DNA from: the human T2T-CHM13v2.0 reference genome, Homo sapiens
Assembly: GCA_009914755.4 (NCBI GenBank)
Contig: CP086569.2
Location: 22,048,001-22,112,000, forward strand
Length of the DNA: 64,000 bases
Direction: 5' to 3'
Shown here piece after piece: positions 35,511 to 49,699 of the stretch. Position numbers and translations under genes: made by a program. The notes under the pieces were generated by a model, which saw only the letters and a list, made by a program, of their open reading frames with translations, was not told the DNA's origin and ran no database searches. Numbering within the stretch: position 1 is the first letter of the stretch; each line of letters begins with the position of its first letter.

Positions 35511-38500
35511 ACAAGGATGAGTGGGGCCAGGATGGGTGACTAGAAACAGCAGTGTTCAGAGGCTCCCATTGATAACAAAGCATAAAAGGCATGTGAACAC
35601 TTCACTGGCAACTTGGTATCCATGTTCACTTTATAGAACTGACCAGGAGGATGGTGCGACCCAGGGAGAAAAGGAAGAACAGCGTGGTGCAGTGTCCCAC
35701 CTGAGAGGCACATGGGGTATGGGAGCCAACTCCCTCAGCCAAGGGAGGAGGTCAGTGAGGCTGTGACCCAGCTGGGAAATCGTGCTATTTCTACAGAACT
35801 GTGAAACCCACAGATCAGAAGATCCCATCCGCAAACCCACACCACGAGGGCCTAGCATCACCGCCCCAGAATGCACCTACTCTTAATGGTGTCTCAGCTG
35901 GGATCTGCTTAAACCTACTGAACTCCCAGTGGCGAGGAGCGACCAGTGCCATGGCTGAAATTGCCTGCTATCTAAGCCACTTTAGCTCCAGGGGGAAAGG
36001 TCAGCAGGCAGCACTAGGACTCATAACTGCCTAACTTGCTAAGCTCCCTGGGAAGAGGAAGAACAGCACCCATCTCTAGAGTTCCAGGCTGTGCTTTTAC
36101 CCTGCTGGAGCAAGGGAGGCTGGAGGGCTTGATCCCAAGACTTGTGACCCACTGCCCAAGACATTAGCTGTGGCATTCTGTGACCAGAGTGCCTCTTCAG
36201 GCCTGACCCTGACACATCTTTCTTCACTGGGTGGGGCTTCCCTCAGGAATTCCAATAACTAGCCAGAGTTTCAGAGACAAAACACAAATCACCCTGGGCC
36301 TGCACCCATAGGGGAGAGGTAGCCACAGTCTCTGCAAACCAGAAGAGACTGGTCAGTTCTGAGGAATCCAGGCAGCCCAGATGAGTGGGTTTTCCCCCCA
36401 GGAAGGCATACCCCCTCCACCAAAAAACAAAGAGCTTTGTTAAATGCATTCTATTTCCCATGTCGCCCAACTGGGTGAGAGTCTCCAACAGGGATTTTCA
36501 ACACCCAAATAGCAGCAATCCTACTAGCATCTGGTTGGTGTCCCTTGAGGTCAGAGGTCCCAGAAGAATTGGCAGGCACCCACTTTGCTCTGTCAAGTCA
36601 GGTTCATCCCTGAGTTGCAAAGCTGGTTGAACATACACAAACCCATAAATGTAGTCCATCAAATAAACAGAATCAAAGACAAAAACCACATGATTATCTG
36701 AATAGATGAAGAAAAAGCCATTGATAAAATTCAACATTGCTTCATAATAAAAACTCTCAGTAAAATAGGTATTGATGGAACATAACTCAAGATAATAACA
36801 GCTATTTATGACAAACCCACAGCCAATATCATACTAAATGGGCAAAAGCTGGAAGCATTCCTGTTGAAAAGTGGTATGAGAAAAGGATGACTCTGTCACC
36901 ATTTATATTTAACATAGTATTGGAAGTTCTGGTTAGGGCAATCAGGCAAAAGAAAGAAATAAAGGGTATTCAATTAGGAAGAGAGGAAGTGAAATTGTCT
37001 CTGCAAATGGCATGATTGTATGCTTCACTTGACTAGTCTTAAAAAATAAATAAAAATAAAACTATATACATATGCATATAAAAGACAAATACAATAGATG
37101 AAACCAAAACCATACTGAATAAAATATGGCACAAAGATAGAAAAAAGAAAATCCCATGATCTCAGCCCCAAAATTTCTCAAAATAATAAGTAACTTCAGC
37201 AAGCTGACAAGATACAAAATCAGTATTCAAAAATTACAAGCATTTTTTCACACCAACGATAGACAAGCAAGGAGCCAAATCATGAATGAACTCCAATTCA
37301 CAAATGCAACAAAGAGAACAAAATACCTAGGAATACAGCTAGCAAGAAGTGTGAATGACCTCCTCAAGGAGAACTACAAACCGCTGCTCAAGGAAATAAT
37401 AGAGGACACAAAAAAATGGAAAGCATTCCATGCTCATGGATAGATAGAATTAATATTGTGAAAATAGCCATACTACCCAAAGCAATTTACAGATTTAATG
37501 ATCCTATCAAACTACTCTTGACATTATTCACAGAATCAAAGAAACCTATTTTAAATTTTATATGGAATCAAAGAAGACCCTGGATAGTCAGGACAATCTT
37601 TTTTTTTTTTTATATATGGAGTCTCTCTTTGTCCCCCAGGCTGGAGTGAAGTGGTGTGATTTTGGCTCACTGCAAGCTCCACCTCCCAGGTGTATGCCAT
37701 TCTCCTCCCTCAGCCTCTTGAGTAGCTGGGACTACAGGCATTTGCCACCATGCCTGGCTAATTTTTTGTATTTTTAGTAGAGACGGGTTTTCACTGTGTT
37801 AGCCAGGATGGTCTCAATCTCCTGACCTGGTGATCTGCCCACCTCAGTCTCCCAAAATTCTGGGATTACCGGCATCAGCCACCATGCCTGGCCAGTCAGG
37901 ACAAACTTAAGCAAAAGGAACAAAACTGGAGTCATCATGGTACCTGACTTCAAACTATACTAAAAGGCAACAGTAACCAAAACAGCATGGCAATTACACC
38001 AAAACAGACATATAGACCAATGGAGTAGGACAGAAACCTCAGAAATAACACCACACAACTACAACCATCTGATCTTTGAAGACAAACCTGACAAAAGCAA
38101 GCAATGGGGAAAGGATATCCTATTCAGTAAAGGGTGCTGGGAAAACTGGCTAGCCATACACAGAAAACTAAAACTTGACCTTTTCCTTGTAACTTATACA
38201 AAAATTAACTCTATATGGATTAAAGACTTAAATGTAAAACCCAAAACCATAAAAACCCTAGAAGAAAACCTAGGCAATACCATTCAAGACACAGGCATTA
38301 GCAAATGCTTCATTAAAAAAGCCAAAAATAATTGCCACAAAAGCCAAAATTGACAAATGGGGTCTAATTAAACTATAGAGCTTCTGAACAGCAAAACAAA
38401 CTATCATCAGATTGAACAGGTAATGTACAGAATGGGAGAAAATGTTTGCAATCTATCAATCTGACAAAGACCTAATATCCAGAATCTACAAGGAACTTGA

Positions 38501-39200
38501 AGAAATTTACAAAAATAAAAAATAAAAATAAAAAAACACACCTCCATCAAAAAGTAGGCAAAGAATATAAACAGACACTTCTAAAAAGAAGATATTTACA
38601 CAGTCAACAAACATATGGAAAAAAGCTCAACATCACTAATCATCAGAGAAATTTAAATCAAAACCACAATGAAATACCATCTCACACCAGTCAGAATGGT
38701 GATTATTAAAGGGTCAGGAAACAATGGGTACCAATCTGTCTGTGGAGAAAGAGGAATGTTCTTATACTGTTGGTGGGAATGTAAATTAGTTCTACCACTG
38801 TGGATTACAGTATGGTAATTCCTCAAGGATTTAGAACCAACAATATGATTTGACCCAGCAATCCCATTACCAGGTATACACTCAAAAGAATATAAATTAT
38901 TCTAGTATAAAGACACATGCACACATATGTTTAATGCAGCACTAAGTACCATAGCAAAGACATGGAACCAACAATGCCCATCAATGATACAATGGATAAT
39001 GAAAATGTGGTAGAAATACACTGTGGAATACTATGCAACCATAAAAAGGAATGAGATTATATCCTTTGCAGGGACATGAATGAAGCTGGGAGCCATCATC
39101 CACAACAAACTAAGATAGGGACAGATAACCAAATACCACATGTTCTCACTCTTAAGTGGGAGTTGAACAATGAGAACACATAGACTTGGAGAGGGAAACA
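35510..39200 (+). mobile_element. L1 (older primate L1PB/L1MA-like), sense; ORF2 unambiguous from 36650, 5' part 35510-36650 is L1 5'-region-like with ORF1/EN missing
   Basis: From 36650 ..[52 protein letters not shown].. (RT). 38500-38900 ..[41 protein letters not shown].. Confidence 0.7.
37598..37894 (-). mobile_element. Alu SINE inserted in L1 ORF2
   Basis: Poly-T, Alu body. TSD agtcaggacaa(t/a)c on both sides. Confidence 0.9.
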
Positions 39201-41439
39201 ACACGTGGTCAGTAAAGAATGTCACATTCTAACAGATCCAAGATCTCTAAGTTTATCTTGTGACCTTAAGAGAAGAGGATTATCTAACTCACAGGTATTT
39301 GAGAATAAACCTAAAACTGTCCTTGGCTTTAAAAGGTCTTATCTGAGATTGCTTGTGGAACAGACTTTCATCAAAACCAATCCAAAATCCTTACGTAGGA
39401 ATAGGTATTATTGCAGCACTCTATGCAAATTATCAGGCCAAGTATAAGGCTAAAGTCTATTTTGCAAAACACTCAGTCTTAAAATTTTGTTTAACAAAAA
39501 CAAGGAGTTGATAGAGGGAAATAATGTTTCAAAACTTATTTTACATTTGTCATTAATTTCAAAATTTATTAGTTGTTTTTTAAGTTTTCACCTATACTTT
39601 TGACTAACCCTGCTTGTTCCTGTGAATCTACCAGCTCTGGCTCTGGCTGCAGCTCATAAAGAACAAGAGAAATAGATAATGTAAAAATCTACATCAATAT
39701 CCTAGTTCTGAGCAATTATCCTGAAAATCTTGCCAGGTTATGGGAATAAATAGAATACTTATCAATCAGAGGTTTCCTTTTGGGAAAGTAACATTGAAGG
39801 AGCTAATTGAGGCTAAGCACTATGCACCCAAATCCTAGAAAGCATAACTATCGCCATCAGTTATTTGGGTGTGCCACAAGACATCTGTTTCTCTCCCTTG
39901 TTGGAGGAGAACTGAGTTCCATAGTTTCACCTTAGCATTCGGCTTATGATAAGGAGTCTTTGAGATACCTCCCCAACTCCCTGCTGACACATTTTTTCCC
40001 AATCTCAATTCCAAGCTTTGGATTAAAGCACTAGGGGAAAAAAATGGACCTGAGCAATCCTAAGGCAGATGAAAACACAGGTTAAAAGGCACAGCACAGG
40101 TAAATGTGGGTTATTCCTGATAATTAAGCCAACCCCAAGCTTCCTGTTTCATGGATAAAGGCCATATTAGTATCCATGGGATAAATGAGGTCTAGGGTAT
40201 CCAAGGTTACTGAAAGCCAAGAAGATAGAGTGTACATGGGTAAGAGTGGATAATTCTCACCTCCTAGGATCCTCTGCTTCATGGGTGCAAGCCACTTTAA
40301 TACCCATGGCAGTGCCTGCCAAGGTCATTGGAACTTGGAAATACAAGAAAGAATGAGGGAAAGAGGATGCTATTCCATCTCTCCCTCGTGTACCTCAGGT
40401 ATCTGCTAGGAAGAGAAGGAAACCAGGGATGCCTGATTCCCTCTTTCTACAACGGTATCAGTTCATCTTCAGTCTGTACCCCTTTTGAATGCATCCTGAA
40501 CTTCTGAGACTCCTTTAAAATATCCCTTCTCTTTTACTTTCTCCTCCCCAGCTCACTCTTCATGGTTAAATAATTGTGTCTCTGCAATACAAGTCACTCA
40601 CCTCAGAGGCCTTTTCCAAACTGAAAAGAGAAAATTTCTCAAACGTTAAATGGTTGGCTTAAAATTGAGCTCAGGGGAAGGAAACCCTGAAGCCCTACAG
40701 GCTGGCAAAATGGTAAAGTTTTTCTAGTTAGTCAGGTTTTTGACCTCCCTTTGATGCAAACTGCTAAAATGCTTTGAAACTTTTGAGCACTTCTAAGCCC
40801 TCCCTTTGTTTCATTTTCATACATGTTTTCTAACAACCTGATTTGTTTGTTCTTGCCTTCAGACTGTAAAACTCTAAATGGTAATTCAGCTGAAGCCTCT
40901 GATGATGGCCCTTTATGTTCCTCCTCTAGGGACTCTTAAATAGGCCTCTGAGAGGGGTCTGACTGCCATTTCCCCAAAACAGTATCCTCCATCAGTAGGA
41001 AGGAGTTAAGTTTAGTCTTTGTCTGTATTCTTATTTTTATATTAACAGAAGTTAGATGTACTTCTTTAGTACAAAGAATTAGATAGCCAGGTGAAAGGGG
41101 TTCTCCAGAGAATCTCCAACCAGCCTGCACACTAGAAGGAATGAACACTGTGATGAGCCTCAGGAACTGTTGCAGAAATTAGAGAATCAGAGAGACCAAA
41201 TGGGTGTTATAGTAGGATTTGTATTAAGGTGTACACAGGCTCAGTGGATTCGCATCCAAAAAGCTGAGCCTAGAACAAAGACACGGCTTGATTTTTATAA
41301 GCAAGCTTACAGAAGCAGAACAAAGACAGTTAATTAAACAGTGACAGGTCTCATAATCTCTACTGTAGCTTGTAACCTTGCATCTGCATCTAAGGAGAAA
41401 CAGGAACTTACAAAACTTGCAAAATATTTATGGGGAGGG

Positions 41440-41860
41440 GATAAAGGGCTAAAAGAGGAATTTTGTTTTACTTATCCTTATGATGGGGAGTGCTAGGGAG
41501 AGTCTCTGGAGCACATTTCTTTTGGCTCCTGACCTCTTAGATAGTGTTACCAGGACCTCGCCTGGGCCTGGGCTGTGTCTGTTACTGCTTTTTGGCATGA
41601 GATAGCCTAATACAGAAAAATTTGTTTTTTTCTTTTAGTTTAATTTTATTTTCATTTCTTTCTTTAATTTTATGCCTCAGAACATTGTACCATTTGCAGT
41701 AGCAATGAGCCTGGCTCCTCCTCTTATTGTGTGGAAGTAGGGAAACAGGCAGGCAGGAAGCCCACTAGTAGGAACTCTGGCCTTGCAGGAGTCACTGTTT
41801 CTCCCTTTTCTTCCCTTTTACCCAATAAAACCCTGTGTCTGTCTTATCATTTAAATTGTC
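41440..41860 (+). mobile_element. candidate solo/3' LTR (ERV1-like), tentative
   Basis: A purine-rich PPT-like tract (ggggaggggataaagggctaaaagagg) precedes it. There is an aataaa signal, and it ends ..gtctgtcttatca. No family match was made. Confidence 0.25.
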
Positions 41861-42060
41861 TGTTAGCTGAAATTTTCATAGCTGCAGGACAAATAACCCT
41901 GTTTTTAGTTGAATAAGGGAATGTCCTGCAACACTGCGGGCTAAAAAGAGTATGAATCATAGGGATAGAAAGAGATTAGTCAATGGATACAAAAAAATGC
42001 AGTTAGATGGAAGAAATATGTCACAGCAGGGTCACTGTGTTTAGTAATAATGCATCGTAG

Positions 42061-42385
42061 GCTGGCAAGGTGGCTCATGTCTGTAATTCCAGCACTTTGG
42101 GAGGCTGAGGCAGGAGAATCACAAGGTCAGGAGTTTGAGACCAGCCTGGCCAACATGGGGAAACCTTGTCTCTACTAAAAATACAAAAAATTAGCTGGGC
42201 ATAGTGGTGGGCACTTGTTATCCGGCTGCTCAGGAGGCTGAGGTAAGAGAATCACTTGAACCTGGGAGTCAGAGGTTGCAGTGAGCTAAGATTGCACTAT
42301 TGCACTCCAGCCCAGGTGACTGAGTGAAACTCCATCTCAAATAATAATAATAATAAACAATAAACAATAAAAATAATAATGCATT
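42061..42385 (+). mobile_element. Alu SINE (+) with (TAA/ATAAAC)n-type tail
   Basis: ggctggcaaggtggctcatgtctgtaattccagcactttgggaggctgagg.. Confidence 0.9.
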
Positions 42386-42618
42386 GTATATTTCAATGTA
42401 GAAGAGAAAATTTCTAGGGTTCTCATCACAAATTATCAACCTTAGAGGTGATGGATAAATACCTTTATTTGATATATGTATGCATGTATAGAATAACATG
42501 GTCTTCGATATATAAGTGTGCATTTATTATATGTCAATGGAAAATATAATAAAATTTAAAATGTAAAAAGTAACATAGTGAAAGAAATAGATGGAGAGGC
42601 AAGAAAAAATGCAAAACA

Positions 42619-42945
42619 GGCCAGGCACGATGGCTGACTCTTGTAATCCCAGCACTTTAGGAGGCTGAGGCGGGTGGATCACGAGGTCAGGGGATCAAGG
42701 CCATCCTGGCTAACACGGTGAAACCCCATCTCTACTAAAAATACAAAAAATTAGCCAGGCGTGGTGGCGGGCACCTGTAGTCTCAGCTACTCCAGAGGCT
42801 GAGGCAGGGGAATAGTGTGAACCTGGGGTCGGAGCTTGCAGTGAGCCAAGATTGTGCCACTGCACTCCAGCCTGGGAGACAGAGCCAGACTCTGCCAAAA
42901 AAATTAAAAAAATAAAAAAAAAGAAAAGAAATAATGAAAAACAAC
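42619..42945 (+). mobile_element. Alu SINE (+) with A-rich tail
   Basis: ggccaggcacgatggctgactcttgtaatcccagcactttaggaggctgaggcgggtggatcacgaggtcagg.. Confidence 0.9.
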
Positions 42946-43140
42946 ACAGACACTTATGAATGTATATACATGCAAATTCAGAAAAAAAATAAAATGTACC
43001 AGAGACATAAAGACAAATAAAGCTAAGAGAAGATGGCACAAACTCACACTGAGTACATAAAGAAAGCTGGGGGTCACTCCCTCTCCTCTTTTGAGTGCCT
43101 GTTTATTCGAAAATAGTGTCCTGATTATGATACCTCTGCT

Positions 43141-43497
<357 letters not shown>

Positions 43498-43974
43498 TTA
43501 TCACTTCTCTTCTCCACCCATTTGTTTTTCCTACTGGTGCTTTATTTCTGAGATACTACTGCAAGAGACTGAGCTGCATGTTATTACTGTTAAGCTGCTG
43601 GAGAAAACGACACTGTTGAGATTAATGTTCATCCCTCATGAACTTTTACAATTGAAACAATTGAAAAATCCACCAAAATCATATCTACTGATGCCCATTA
43701 TGCATCCCTTCAGTAGTTGTCTTGCTATATCCTGTGATAGTGAGGTCAGACCACTAGTTAAATAAGTTAAGACAAGTAGTGATGTTTCTGTAGATCAAAC
43801 CTCTGTTCATATTGCAGCCCTTTTGAATTTACATAGAATAATACCATACATATCTTGGAGAAAAAGAAGAATAGAGGGAAAAGTCTGGATTACTTTGGCT
43901 CTTACCTCAACCATGTTCTCCTCAGTGTTACTTCTTATTAGTGAAGATAATCTTGAGTGTCCATTCTACAACTT

Positions 43975-44020
43975 CTCTCTCTCCATCTTTCTCTGTCTCT
44001 ATCTTTCTCTCTCTCTCTGT
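43975..44020. repeat. CT-rich simple repeat
   Basis: tctctctctccatctttctctgtctctatctttctctctctctctg. Confidence 0.6.
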
Positions 44021-44248
44021 ATACATATATGCAAACATTTAGGTTGATAATATCTCAACTTTTCTGATTAAAGCTGGGATGAACATGATGGTGTAAGTAT
44101 CTCTTTAATATACGTTTTTCTTTTTCTTGAATAATGAGGTTGCTGGATCATACAGTAGGTTTTATATTTGTTTGTTCACCTTGTGAGAAACCTCCATACT
44201 ATTCTCCATAATGGCCAGCTCAGACGCAGTAGAATAGGCTACCTAAGG

Positions 44249-44572
44249 TTTTTTTATTTATTTTTATTTTTATTTTTGAGATGGAGTCTTGCTCTGTTGC
44301 CCAGGCTGGAGTGCAATGGTGCAATCTCAGCTCGCTGCCACTTCTGTCTCCTGGGGTCATACCATTCTCCTGACTCACTCTCCTGAGTTGCCGGGATTAC
44401 AGGCACACCCCACAATGCCTGGCTGTTTGTTTGTTTGTTTGTTTTTGTATTTTTAGTAGAAACGGGGTTTCACCATGTTAGCCTGGTTGGCCTCAATTTC
44501 CTGACCTCGTGATCCGCCCACCTCAGTCTCACAAAGCGCTGGGATTACAGGAGTGAGCCACTGCTCCTGGCC
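44249..44572 (-). mobile_element. Alu SINE (minus)
   Basis: (TTTTA)n/poly-T start, ..gagatggagtcttgctctgttgcccaggctggagtgcaatggtg.., ending ..ccactgctcctggcc. Confidence 0.9.
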
Positions 44573-44834
44573 AGTGAAGTTCTCTACTCTAGTCCCTAGT
44601 TCTCATTTCATCTCTGGATCTGTCCATGACCTGGGGGAAATTTCTGCCCTCAGTGGAAGGAAAAAAATCTGGTTGTCTTTATAACTTGTTTATGTAGAGC
44701 CATAGGTTCTTTAGCAAACATAGGCAGTAAATGGTTAATAATTAGACCTGGTTTTGTGCAAGACCTAGTGCTGTCCTGGCTTCATGTCTGTCCCACAGTG
44801 GAGTCCCGGGGTGGTGGACACAGGGGTGTTATTT

Positions 44835-44905
44835 TTACAGAGAAGGGGAGAGGGAGGGGGAGTGGGAGAGGGAAGAGGGAGAGGGAGAGGGAGACGGAGT
44901 GGGAG
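44835..44905. repeat. (GGGAGA)n-type polypurine simple repeat
   Basis: gagaaggggagagggagggggagtgggagagggaagagggagagggagagggagacggagtgggag. Confidence 0.8.
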
Positions 44906-45537
44906 ATTTGTTTGGAAAAAAGCAGGGGAAGAGGACTAAAGCATCTGCCTGCTAATTTATAAAGTTCTTCTAGACCTCATTTAAGACCATTCATCTATGT
45001 GGTGCTTTTTACACATCTATAAGAATCACAACATTACTGGGCTTAGGAAGCTCCCTAATGCAGATAAGGTTTAGATAGTAACACCAAAGTTTTTTTCAAA
45101 TATCTGTAAGCCTTCCCCTGTGCTGGTATAAGCAAGCTCAGACTGTGAAGACAACAATAACTCTTCAATGCCCAGAAACCAATGAACATCAACAACCAGC
45201 AAGACCACCAAGGAAAAATTGACTGTCCCAGACAAACTCAGCACGACATTAGGGATCAATCCTGAAGAAACAAAGATATGTGGTCCTTCAGACTTAGAAT
45301 TCAAAATAGTTCTGTTTGGAAGATAACACAGAAAAGAAATTCAAGATAAATTCAGCATAGCACAGAGAAGGATGACAGAATTTGAGAAAACACTGAGAAG
45401 AAATACAGAATTTTATCAATTTGAAATTAAAATGTTAAAATTCATCATTTTACAAAATAATTTACATAACTAAAAAGAGCCAAGCAGCATTTTAGAAGGT
45501 AAAGTATAATTCAAAAACAGAAAAATGCACTGTCTTT

Positions 45538-45578
45538 TATTTATTTATTTATGTATTTATTTATGTATTTATTTATTT
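45538..45578. repeat. (TTTATTTATG)n-like simple repeat (Alu tail)
   Basis: ttatttatttatttatgtatttatttatgtatttatttattt. Confidence 0.7.
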
Positions 45579-45580
45579 CT

Positions 45581-45856
45581 GAGAAGCAATCTCACTCTGT
45601 TGCCCAGGCTGCCATGCAATGGCACAATCTAGGTTCATTGCAAACTCTGCCTCCTGGGTTCAAGCAATTCTTCTGCCTCAGCCTCCCAAGTAGCCGGAGT
45701 TACAGCCATGCACCACCATTCCTAGTTAATTTTTGCACTTACTTAGAGCCAGAATTTCACTGTATTGGCCAGGCTGGTCTCTAACTCCTGACCTCATGAT
45801 CCACCCACCTCAGCCTCCCAAAGTGCTAGGATTACACACATGAACCACTGCACCTG
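45581..45856 (-). mobile_element. Alu SINE (minus)
   Basis: ..gagaagcaatctcactctgttgcccaggctgccatgcaatggcacaatc..ctcagcctcccaaagtgctaggattaca.. Confidence 0.85.
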
Positions 45857-47120
45857 AATACATCTGTGTCTTTTGTAGAATAACTGATCAAGCAGGAGAA
45901 AAAAGTAGTGAGCTTGAAGACAGATTATTTGAATACAGTCAGAGGAGACAAAAAAAAAAAAGAAATTAAAGAAATTTAAAAAAAGAATAAAGTATTCCTA
46001 CAGGATCTAGGAAGTAACCTCAAGGGGAAAACTGAGAATAATTGGCCCTAAAAAAAGGCAGAGAGTGAGAGAGAGCTAAAACTTTATTCAAAATCATAAC
46101 AGTAGAGAACTTTTCAAACCTATAGGAAGATATTTGTTTCCAAGTTCAAGAAAGTTGTATAGAACACCAAGGAGATTTAAACCATAGAAGGCTACTTCAA
46201 GGCATTTAATAAATAAAGTATCAAATAAAGTATAATAAATAAAGTATCAAAGAACCAACTTTAGTAAAGTTGGAGGATATGAAATCAACCTACAAAAAAA
46301 GTAACATTTATATATGTCAATGGCAAACTGTCTAAAAAAAAATCAAGAAAGTAATCTCATTTACAGTAGCTACAAATAAAACACCTAGAAACTAATTTAA
46401 GCAAAGAAGTGAAAGATCTGAAAACTATAAAAAATTGATGCAAGAAATTGAAGAGGACACAATAACTAGAAAGATATTCTATGTTCATAAATTGGAATAA
46501 TTAATACTGTTAAAATATTTATACTACCAAAATCAGGTTTAATGAAACCTTCATAAAAACACCAATGACTTGCTTCATAAAAATAAACAAAGAAACAAAT
46601 TAGTATGGAACCACAATGACCCAGAATAGCCAAATCTGTTTTAAGCAAAATGATCAAAGCTGGAGGAATTACATTACCTGATTTCAAATTATTCTATAAA
46701 ATGATAGTAAAAAATTAAAACATAAAAAGCTACATGCTACTGCCATAAAAACAAACACATTGACCAGTGGAACATGTTAGACAATGCAGAAAAGAATTTA
46801 TACATCTACAGGGTACTCATTTTTAACAAAGTTCCCAAGAACATACACTGGAGAAAAGACAGTCTGTTCAATAAATGTTTCTGGGTAAACCAAATATCCA
46901 TATGCAGAAGAATGAGAATTAAATCAATATGGAGTAAAGACTTAAGATGTAAGACCTCAGATTATAAAATGGCTAGAAGAAAACATTGAAAACAAGGCCC
47001 TCAGGACATTGGTCTGGGCAAATATTTCTTGACCAAAACTCCACAAAAAAAATTTCTTTACCAAAACCAAAGCAAAAATAAAAAGTGAGATCAAAACAAA
47101 TTAGAAAGCTTCTGCATAAA

Positions 47121-47440
<320 letters not shown>

Positions 47441-48064
47441 TTATCTAACAAAGGAGTAATGATCAGAATATATGTTTATATATATCTGATGACTAATCAG
47501 AATACAGGAGCTCAGACAACTCTAAAAGAAAAAACTCATAATCCAATGGTAAAAAATGGACAAAAGAGCTGAATAGACACTTCTCAAAGGATGACATAAA
47601 AATTTCATACAAACAGGCATATTTTATCTGAGCATATATTCCACACTTTTCCCCCAAAACTGAAATCAGGTAATCAAAGAAATTATTTAACATAAATAAA
47701 AATACTTCTGAAGTAAGTAAAATGTATGAGACAAACAAATGTCCATTACCTAATAAATTTATAAATAAAATGTAGACGTTTCATACAATGCAACATTAAT
47801 TAGTCATGAAATAAAGAGTGAATGGTATAACCCCTTGAAACACTGAAAATCTTATGCTACACAAACAAAAACAAGAAACATAAAGGCACACACTGTGAAT
47901 TGTTAAATAAAATATTCTGAATAGTAAAATCTCTTTGTTTATGTCATCCAGTATAATACTATTTACTATTTATTGGACATAACTTGAGGTCCTTAATTTC
48001 TAGACATCAAAACTTCAAAGGACTATTTTTCCATGGAGTTTAACATTAAAATTAGTGAATAGTG

Positions 48065-49430
48065 AATTCATGTATTATGTGTATTTTTTATTGCAAACCA
48101 TTCACATTGCTGTAGATCCTGAACTCATAAGTGAGGATCATGCAAATGTTGGCAGCAAGCCAGAAAACCACTCTGCAAGCAAACAAATACTCTGCAGAGA
48201 ATGGAAATTCATACCACAATGCCAAATATCTAACCTCAGTCATCTTAGAATTATACATATATTGACACATTAATTCACATAGGATCTGGAACTTAAGTGA
48301 TTGGTTGGTTGTTGATGAGTTGACCTGATTTGGGGAGAATTTGTCCTGGAATAATGAAGGGAATGGGGGTTAATATTTCTTCTTACCTGCTTGTTCTTCC
48401 CCAGCACCTTCAACTTTATTTTCCTCCTCTTCAGCTTTTCCTCTCCTTCTTCACCCTGACCTATTTCTTCTTTATCCTTTGCTTCTTTAGACACTTCCTT
48501 AGCAGCTTAGTCCTCTTCCCTGCCACCTCTTCCTCCTCCTCTTTATTATCTTTCTCCTCCTAGGCTTTTTCTTCAGAGGGGTACTAGTCTTTGCCTTCCT
48601 CAATCTTAGCACTCTCAATGGATTCCTCCACCATGATCTACTCCTCTTGCCCATGGCTACTGTAGTAGGACAGGAAGGAGTGGGTGGACATCATGTAGGA
48701 GTTGGTATGTGAACCCCAGTAGGTGATAAACCAAAGACCAGGGGGTCTGGAAGCAGTGTGCTTCCCATGCTGCTGAAACTCAGCTGGGTCTCCTTGCCTT
48801 TGAAGGGTTTCCTCTGAGCTGCAGCCTCAATACAAAGAGCCATCTTCACCTGGAGGACTTGGTATTCATTTAGGTATCCAGATGTTTAACTTTGCCATCT
48901 TCAATTCATTTTCTAATTTGTGGATGATGGCCTGCACACTACTGATGTAGGTGTTCAACTTGTCCTTTGGCTCCTGCAGCTATATCTCCATTACTTCCTT
49001 CATGCCCTAGCATGCTTTGATCTCCAAGTTCTTGGTCTTGAGCAGGTAGTGGCTCTGAGACACCTTGTTTCTGGTGCCTTGCATGGCATAGACCCTCTTG
49101 ACAGTGCTCTGGCTCAGCAGTCTAAAGGGCTCTTAAAGCACTCCTCTGCATGCTCTGCATGCTCTTGGCAGCCATCTTTCCCTACTGTGGGCAGATGACC
49201 TCCAGCAAAGAGGTGAGGTTGAGATTGGTGAACATGTTTATCTCTATGGAGATCTGCACATACTGGATCTGCCCCTGCAAGTGGATGGATCTCCTCTTAG
49301 TGAAATTTCTTCAGAAAGGCAATTTTGCCCATCAGGCTATCCAGGTGCTTTTCGCTCTGCTGTGGTGCAGCCTGGTCAGAACATTTGCAGGCTTCCATCC
49401 TGCTGCCCTCAGCCTGTTTGTAGGAAAATT
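48065..49430 (-). pseudogene. NEFL (pseudogene; possibly NEFLP1): Processed pseudogene of NEFL (neurofilament light chain), 5'-truncated: rod domain coil 2, tail and 3' UTR with AATAAA
   Basis: Minus-strand translation ..[133 protein letters not shown].. NEFL ..[116 protein letters not shown].. No introns. Frameshifts and stops are present. Confidence 0.8.
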
Positions 49431-49699
49431 TTGTATCAGGGTAATAAAAATATTTTTAAATTAGTAATTGCAGTGAAAAAACATTGTGAAACAATTAAAA
49501 ACCCCCAAGTGTATGCTTTAAAATGATACAATGTAAATATATCATTATATAGGATATATAAATTATATAGATCATTACCATTTCAGTTAAAAGTTAAAAT
49601 TTATGAGAGGAAATGTAGAAACTAGTGGGCATTATTCTTAAATGTGTCTAAGATAATACCAAAACTCTGTATTGCTGGGAAAACAGACTATATACAGAG

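Noticed and set aside
48270-48494. Glutamate-rich 74-aa minus ORF
   Set aside because: It is the acidic tail of the NEFL retrocopy, not an independent gene.
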